From the NCBI GenBank assembly GCA_041497195.1, contig JBGQGB010000002.1, forward strand, positions 172,140 to 236,139: a DNA stretch of 64,000 bases. Reading direction: 5' to 3'. The position numbers were made by a program, and so were the translations under genes. The notes under the pieces were generated by a model. The model saw only the letters and a program-made list of their open reading frames with translations. It did no database searches and was not told where the DNA came from. Positions within the stretch are counted from its first letter, which is position 1; every line of letters begins with the position of its first letter. Below are positions 59,148 to 64,000 of this stretch, piece after piece. This stretch comes from Candidatus Doudnabacteria bacterium. GTDB taxonomy: Bacteria > Patescibacteriota > Doudnabacteria > UBA920 > 2-01-FULL-46-14.

Positions 59148-59707
59148 ATTTTAAATTTCGCTAGACCAAGTCGTTCTGCAACCAATATTAGCGCTTTGAA
59201 TTCCGCACTTCGACCTGCCTCTTTCGCTTTGATACACCGCCGCAAATATTTCGCAAAAGGCAACTTCACTACCTCAATAAATTCATCCCAGTCTGGCTTT
59301 GGCTTTTTTTTCCTTAACTTTGTGCCCAAAAAATAATACGTGTGATACGTCCAGCTCCCTCCCCCTCTGATTTCGTATAATAGCTCCATTTTGCTTGGCT
59401 CATACCCGGTCTCTTCGAGACATTCTCTGGCTGCAGCCCTTCTAGGAGTTTCTCTATTTTTATAAAAGCGCCCTCCTGGTAATTCCAATCGGGCTTTTCC
59501 CAGGCCAGAACGGAAACTTCTTATCAAAATAACATTTTGGTCTTGATCCAAAGGCACGATGCACACTGACTGATGCTTTGTGACAGAAATTTCTCTCAGT
59601 GCGATCTTGCCATCTGGAAGTCTAACTTTCTCTCGCACAATGCGGAAAGACTCTCCGTCAAAAAGAGTCTTTGAGCTAAGTTTGATTTCCTTAATTTTTT
59701 TGCTCAT
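59144..59707 (-). CDS. NUDIX hydrolase
   Basis: Nudix box GGRFYKNRETPRRAAARECLEETGYE. Confidence 0.8.
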   Translation of the reverse strand: MSKKIKEIKLSSKTLFDGESFRIVREKVRLPDGKIALREISVTKHQSVCIVPLDQDQNVILIRSFRSGLGKARLELPGGRFYKNRETPRRAAARECLEETGYEPSKMELLYEIRGGGSWTYHTYYFLGTKLRKKKPKPDWDEFIEVVKLPFAKYLRRCIKAKEAGRSAEFKALILVAERLGLAKFKI

Positions 59708-60809
59708 AAATTTTCAGTGTTTCCTCAGCGGTTTTCCGCCAATCATATTTCTGCGCGTTTATTTGCCCTTCGGCGACCAAATTTTGCAAAAGTCCCGGAT
59801 CGCCCAAAAGCTCGTCGATTTTTTTTGCCATATCTTGCTCGTCAGTGGGGTTGAAATAAATCGCGCCCTGACCCAGGATCTCCTCCAAAACCTGAATGCG
59901 CGAGGCCAAAACCGGCAGGCCCGCAGCTTGTGCTTCGACCCCTATCAAGCCAAATCCTTCGACCAACGAAGGCAGGACGAACGCTTGCGCTGCCTGATAA
60001 AGTACGGCCAGATCTAGGTCAGGCACAAAACCTAAAGCCCTGATATCGTCCGCATGCTTGATTTTGAAAACCGCTTGTTTGATCTCCGGGTAAAAGGGGT
60101 CAATCTTGCCGGCCAGGGCCAATTGAACATCACGGTGATAATCCTCTTTCAGTATATCAAATGCCAGCGAGAGTCGCGGCAGGTTCTTGTATTGGCGCCA
60201 CACGCCGACAAAAAACAGAAAGGGTTTGCTTATTTTGTAGGCGTTCTTCACTTCCTCGATTTTTACGGCAGAAACCGCTTCAGCAAACTGTTTCTCCACG
60301 CCTTCATACACGACCGCGACTTTTTCCGCCCGGACACCAAGGACTTTGACTATTTCCCGCTTGGTCGCTTCGGAAACAGCGATAACTTTCGCGGCCCGCC
60401 GGACCGAAGCCCATATGGCTGCGCGGTAAGCCAATCGGTGAAACATGCGTGATTTCTTCTTACCGGGAAATTGGTGATGGATGACGTCGTGAACAGTAAT
60501 AACGAATTTCCCCGGATATAAAACCGGGGCGTTGAAACTGGCAAAATGGACCAGGTCGAGTTTCAAGCGCCTCAGTTCTGCGATAAAAGACGTCTGTTCC
60601 GACCAGGAATAATAGCGGGAGGAAACGGAAACTTTTGCAAAATTCCGGCGCGTCACTTCAAACTTCTCTACAAACTCGGAGTTTTTGTCGCAAAGCAAAA
60701 AGTATTGATTGGTTTCATCAATATCCATGAGATTGACTACTAATTTTTCGATATAGCGGCCGATCCCCTCCCCTGTGCCGGCCATTCTCATATCAATTCC
60801 TATTCTCAT
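59691..60809 (-). CDS. family-4 (GT-B) glycosyltransferase
   Basis: EGFGLIGVEAQAAGLPVLAS (EX7E region). Confidence 0.8.
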   Translation of the reverse strand: MRIGIDMRMAGTGEGIGRYIEKLVVNLMDIDETNQYFLLCDKNSEFVEKFEVTRRNFAKVSVSSRYYSWSEQTSFIAELRRLKLDLVHFASFNAPVLYPGKFVITVHDVIHHQFPGKKKSRMFHRLAYRAAIWASVRRAAKVIAVSEATKREIVKVLGVRAEKVAVVYEGVEKQFAEAVSAVKIEEVKNAYKISKPFLFFVGVWRQYKNLPRLSLAFDILKEDYHRDVQLALAGKIDPFYPEIKQAVFKIKHADDIRALGFVPDLDLAVLYQAAQAFVLPSLVEGFGLIGVEAQAAGLPVLASRIQVLEEILGQGAIYFNPTDEQDMAKKIDELLGDPGLLQNLVAEGQINAQKYDWRKTAEETLKIYEQKN

Positions 60810-61921
60810 ACCTTCACCGTTTCATTGAATAATTGCAATGTTTTTTTTGCCGTCTGTCCCCAAACAAACTCTTTTACGGCCAAGCGCCCGCGGTCACTAA
60901 GACTTTGATAAAAACCGCGATCTTGCTCCAGAGAGAGCATGGCATCGGCCACTTGGCTGGGACGGAACGGATTGACAAATAGGACAAATTTATTGCCAAT
61001 TTCCGCAATACTGGTGGCGAAGCTCGCGATGACCGGGACTCCGTAACTTGCCGCTTCCAAAACCGGAAATCCGAAGCCCTCGTAAAAGCTTAAGAAGAGA
61101 AAAAGAAATGCTCCTCGATAAAACAGAGCTTTCTGCTTCTCGCTGACATTGGAAAAAAAATACACCGACCTACGAATTTCCTCTGGTATGCGCAAGTCAG
61201 TTTTCCAACCTGAGCTGCCGGCGAGAACCAGGGGCAGTCTGTCGGGGCTTTTTGAGTAATATTCCTGATACGCTTTGAGCGCTGCCTCCAAATTTTTCCG
61301 CGGTTCAAAAGTGCCAAACGCCAAAATATACTTTGCGGGCAAGGCCGCGGGACTTGCGGGCAAAACAGTCTGAGCAGCCGGCTCATCGACGCCGGAATGA
61401 ATCAAGCTTATCTTCTCTGCCGGTATTTTGTAAAAATCCACCAAATCTTGCCGGGTGCTTTCAGACATCACAATGAGACGGGTCGCTCGTGCGGCCGCGC
61501 CGCGATAATTCATAATCTTGTGCCAAACCCTCTGCCGCCAAGTAAAAAATCCAGGCAATACTTCAAAGGACAAATCGTGAAAAGTGATAACCAGCGGGAC
61601 TCTTTTGCTCAGTGCCAAAGTCCGCCAGTGGGGTGAAAAAAACAGATCTAGGCCCCCAACCAAGCGGTCAACTTTGGGGAACGCAAAAAATTTCATGAAA
61701 AAATTAAAAATCTTGTTCGGAAACCGCAAAATTTTGTAGCTGACGTTCGGGTAATCGAAAATTTTCACTCTGCCGGAAACGTCGGCAAAGGAATTGGCAA
61801 AAAGTACATATTGATTATGCTGGTCATTTTCAAAGAGCGTACGCAGAAGTTTTGTGAGATAAACCTGCACGCCGGTCGTCCGCCCTTCCATCAAAGCCCT
61901 GATATCAATGCCTATTCTCAT
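60806..61921 (-). CDS. family-4 (GT-B) glycosyltransferase
   Basis: EGFGFPVLEAASYGVPVIAS. Confidence 0.8.
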   Translation of the reverse strand: MRIGIDIRALMEGRTTGVQVYLTKLLRTLFENDQHNQYVLFANSFADVSGRVKIFDYPNVSYKILRFPNKIFNFFMKFFAFPKVDRLVGGLDLFFSPHWRTLALSKRVPLVITFHDLSFEVLPGFFTWRQRVWHKIMNYRGAAARATRLIVMSESTRQDLVDFYKIPAEKISLIHSGVDEPAAQTVLPASPAALPAKYILAFGTFEPRKNLEAALKAYQEYYSKSPDRLPLVLAGSSGWKTDLRIPEEIRRSVYFFSNVSEKQKALFYRGAFLFLFLSFYEGFGFPVLEAASYGVPVIASFATSIAEIGNKFVLFVNPFRPSQVADAMLSLEQDRGFYQSLSDRGRLAVKEFVWGQTAKKTLQLFNETVKV

Positions 61922-62017
61922 AATGAATTCCTTTAGAACCCATTCTGCTCAAAGAAAAAATAAATTTACTTACGAATAGTACTCTCCGAAGTCCTCCCGA
62001 GACGGACGAAGGACGGG

Positions 62018-63112
62018 TCAATGCCCACGCGCATGTGTTTTAATCAATTCTAAAATCTGCGTTTTAAATTGAGCTTTGTCGAAACGCAAAACCGACTGGC
62101 GGACTTTCTGTTCATCAAATTTCAGCAAGACAAATCTCCTTAAAGCCTCCGCAATGCTTCCCGGGGTTTGCTCGGCAAACAAGACCCCGTTTTCGCCGTC
62201 TGTAAGGTATTCCACGGTACCTCCTTCGGCAAAACCGATGACTGGCGTGCCGCAAGCCAGACTTTCCGGCACCATCAAGCCTGCATCTTCCAGGGCCGGA
62301 AGCACGAAAGCCCGGGCCTGACTATAAAGCTCACGCAATTGCGCATCAGGCACTTTGCCCAGGAATTCTATGTTTGGTCCGGCTCGCTGCCGCAAAATGG
62401 GTGCCGCCGTTCCGGTCCCGACCACTTTGAGCGGCCAGCCCAAATCATTGAACGCATCAATCACCAAATCTATTTTTTTATACGGCTCCAGCCGCGAGCC
62501 AACCAAAAAAAAATCTTTTTTTGCAGATGAGGGCTTAAAAAAATCAGTATCAACAGGAGGATAAATTACCACCGAATCACGGCCGTAGTATTTTTTTATC
62601 CGCGCCCGCACTGTCTGCGAATTTGCCACTATCACGTCCGGCCGCTGAGCTGCTGCATAATCCCACGGACGCAAATGCTCCTTCAAATAGACTTTCACCA
62701 TTTTTTTTATAATACCCGGATAAGCACCGGAAGCGACATAACTGTCCATGTCCTGCCACAAATACCGCGTCGGGGTATGGCAGTAACAAATATGAACGGC
62801 CGGTTTCTTGACTGTGACCCCTTTAGCAAAAGCGGAAGCATCGGAGAGTACCAGATCAAACCCGGAAAAATCAAAACTTTCAATCGCCCGCGGCATCAAA
62901 GGCAGATACCATTTGTACTTCCCCGGCATGCCGGGCAGGTTTTGCAAAAAGCTGGTATGGATCCGCAAGTCTCCAAATTGTCCCCTCGTGCGCCATTTGT
63001 CATGCACCAAGGTGTAGACCGGGGCATTGGGAAAAAGTTCGTGGAATACTTCGAGGACCCGCTCGGCCCCGCCGCTTTGGGTTAAAAACTCGTGCACTAG
63101 GGCTACTCTCAT
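62018..63112 (-). CDS. family-4 (GT-B) glycosyltransferase
   Basis: EDAGLMVPESLACGTPVIGF. Confidence 0.8.
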   Translation of the reverse strand: MRVALVHEFLTQSGGAERVLEVFHELFPNAPVYTLVHDKWRTRGQFGDLRIHTSFLQNLPGMPGKYKWYLPLMPRAIESFDFSGFDLVLSDASAFAKGVTVKKPAVHICYCHTPTRYLWQDMDSYVASGAYPGIIKKMVKVYLKEHLRPWDYAAAQRPDVIVANSQTVRARIKKYYGRDSVVIYPPVDTDFFKPSSAKKDFFLVGSRLEPYKKIDLVIDAFNDLGWPLKVVGTGTAAPILRQRAGPNIEFLGKVPDAQLRELYSQARAFVLPALEDAGLMVPESLACGTPVIGFAEGGTVEYLTDGENGVLFAEQTPGSIAEALRRFVLLKFDEQKVRQSVLRFDKAQFKTQILELIKTHARGH

Positions 63113-63118
63113 GAAATC

Positions 63119-64000
63119 TCAATAGTTTTCTGCTTGCCTTTTGCTAAAAAGCAAAACCGTCGTTTTAAAAATGATGTAGAGATCCAGCCAAACCGACCAG
63201 TTTTCGATATAAAACAAATCAAGCTTGACTTCTTCTTCAAAAGCCAGCTCCGGATTGTACATTTGGTTGATTTGAGCCAGCCCGGTGGCGCCCGGCTTGA
63301 TGGTGAAGAGGCGCCGGTAGCGCTGCTCAAATTTTTCGACCTCCTTGAGCATGTGGATACGCGGGCCCACGAGACTCATCTGTCCGCGCAAAATGTGCCA
63401 AAGCTGCGGCAACTCATCGAGCTTGGTGCGGCGCAAAAATCGTCCCACCCGAGTAACGCGCGGATCATTTTTGATTTTGACGTAAGGGCCGTGGCGCGCA
63501 TTTTGCCTCTCGAGCTGATGCCTGATCCGGTCCCCAGTCTCGGTGCCCTCGGAAAGCTCATAGAACATTGAGCGGAATTTATAAACTTTGAAATTCTGGA
63601 ACGAGGAGCCGCGGCGTTGCCGGAACAAAACCGGCCCCGGCGAGTCCAGTTTGATAGCCAAGGAAATTAGTGCAAACAAAGGCGAAAAAAGTATCAGCCC
63701 GATCGCAGACACTGCGATATCGACGATGCGTTTTACCACCTTGCCCCACCCCTCCAGCGGTGTCGTGCGCAGCCGAATCACTGGCATGCTGCCGATGACA
63801 TCTGTTTCCACATTAGCGCGGTGGGTTTCGAGTATGCTCGGCAAATAGGTAAACTTGATCCCGAGGTCTTCGCACAAATCTACCAGACGCAAAACTTGCT
63901 CGTTGGGTAAGCGCGAATCCGTCTGCATCAGTTCGTCGATACGCTCCTGCCTGTGTATCCGCTCGATATCTCGTAAAAGCACTTCCGAGTACGGGAGTTT
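63119..64000 (-). CDS. polyprenyl-phosphate sugar-phosphate transferase (bacterial sugar transferase, WbaP/WcaJ-like), 5' end beyond window
   Basis: C-terminal [12 protein letters not shown]...FSKRQAENY. The frame stays open through nt 64000, and the GTG at 63982 is probably internal. Confidence 0.75.
   Translation of the reverse strand, partial: KLPYSEVLLRDIERIHRQERIDELMQTDSRLPNEQVLRLVDLCEDLGIKFTYLPSILETHRANVETDVIGSMPVIRLRTTPLEGWGKVVKRIVDIAVSAIGLILFSPLFALISLAIKLDSPGPVLFRQRRGSSFQNFKVYKFRSMFYELSEGTETGDRIRHQLERQNARHGPYVKIKNDPRVTRVGRFLRRTKLDELPQLWHILRGQMSLVGPRIHMLKEVEKFEQRYRRLFTIKPGATGLAQINQMYNPELAFEEEVKLDLFYIENWSVWLDLYIIFKTTVLLFSKRQAENY

Overview
This 64-kb window is a densely packed chromosomal segment with roughly 70 protein genes and one tRNA. 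Many genes overlap at their start and stop codons (ATGA/TGATG junctions), and almost all are core housekeeping genes. The gene content (an RRM-type RNA-binding protein, a membrane H+-pyrophosphatase, a monomeric PheRS, many small membrane or secreted hypotheticals, and no respiratory chain genes) suggests a small-genome, CPR/Patescibacteria-like bacterium; this is inference only, with no search run.

Main blocks:
- 1-4300: a partial PD-(D/E)XK nuclease, membrane and secreted hypotheticals, and a CAP-domain protein.
- 4358-7440: a mitochondrial-type monomeric PheRS and gyrB.
- 7441-11821: an accessory islet with an AT-rich MrcB-N(DUF3578)-HNH type IV restriction candidate, a K+-channel-like pore protein and small hypotheticals.
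- 11822-13707: secE-nusG-rplK-rplA.
- 14042-17025: a dcd-dut-tmk-thyA-folA operon covering the whole dTTP pathway.
- 17128-21924: prfB (with the classical CTT-TGA +1 frameshift), ftsEX, rplI and pyrG; rpmA converges on pyrG.
- 25429-30256: secA-secDF.
- 30258-34354: a three-gene operon of a sigma70-region4/HARE-HTH-like DNA-binding protein, a membrane protein and a VirD4/TrwB-like coupling ATPase. This looks like a split coupling protein with no other T4SS parts in view, and it is my top candidate for an undescribed system.
- 34368-37498: mnmA and the H+-PPase.
- 38797-42272: a minus-strand operon with a polytopic-membrane/FNR-like fused oxidoreductase, a Cys-less His-rich cupredoxin-like protein, two membrane proteins and a SpoU methyltransferase.
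- 43087-49813: tRNA-Gln(CUG), fmt-def-priA, and gltX.
- 49830-53692: an M23 peptidase, a DHS-like/agmatinase pair, and hpf.
- 53697-59147: murB, murC and murG interleaved with PGAM-phosphatase, CYTH and patatin genes.
- 59144-64000: a glycan locus with Nudix, three GT4 glycosyltransferases and a sugar-phosphate transferase that is partial at the window edge.

There are no rRNA genes, CRISPR arrays, transposases or integrases. TGA is used as a stop codon and RF2 is present, so the standard bacterial code applies.
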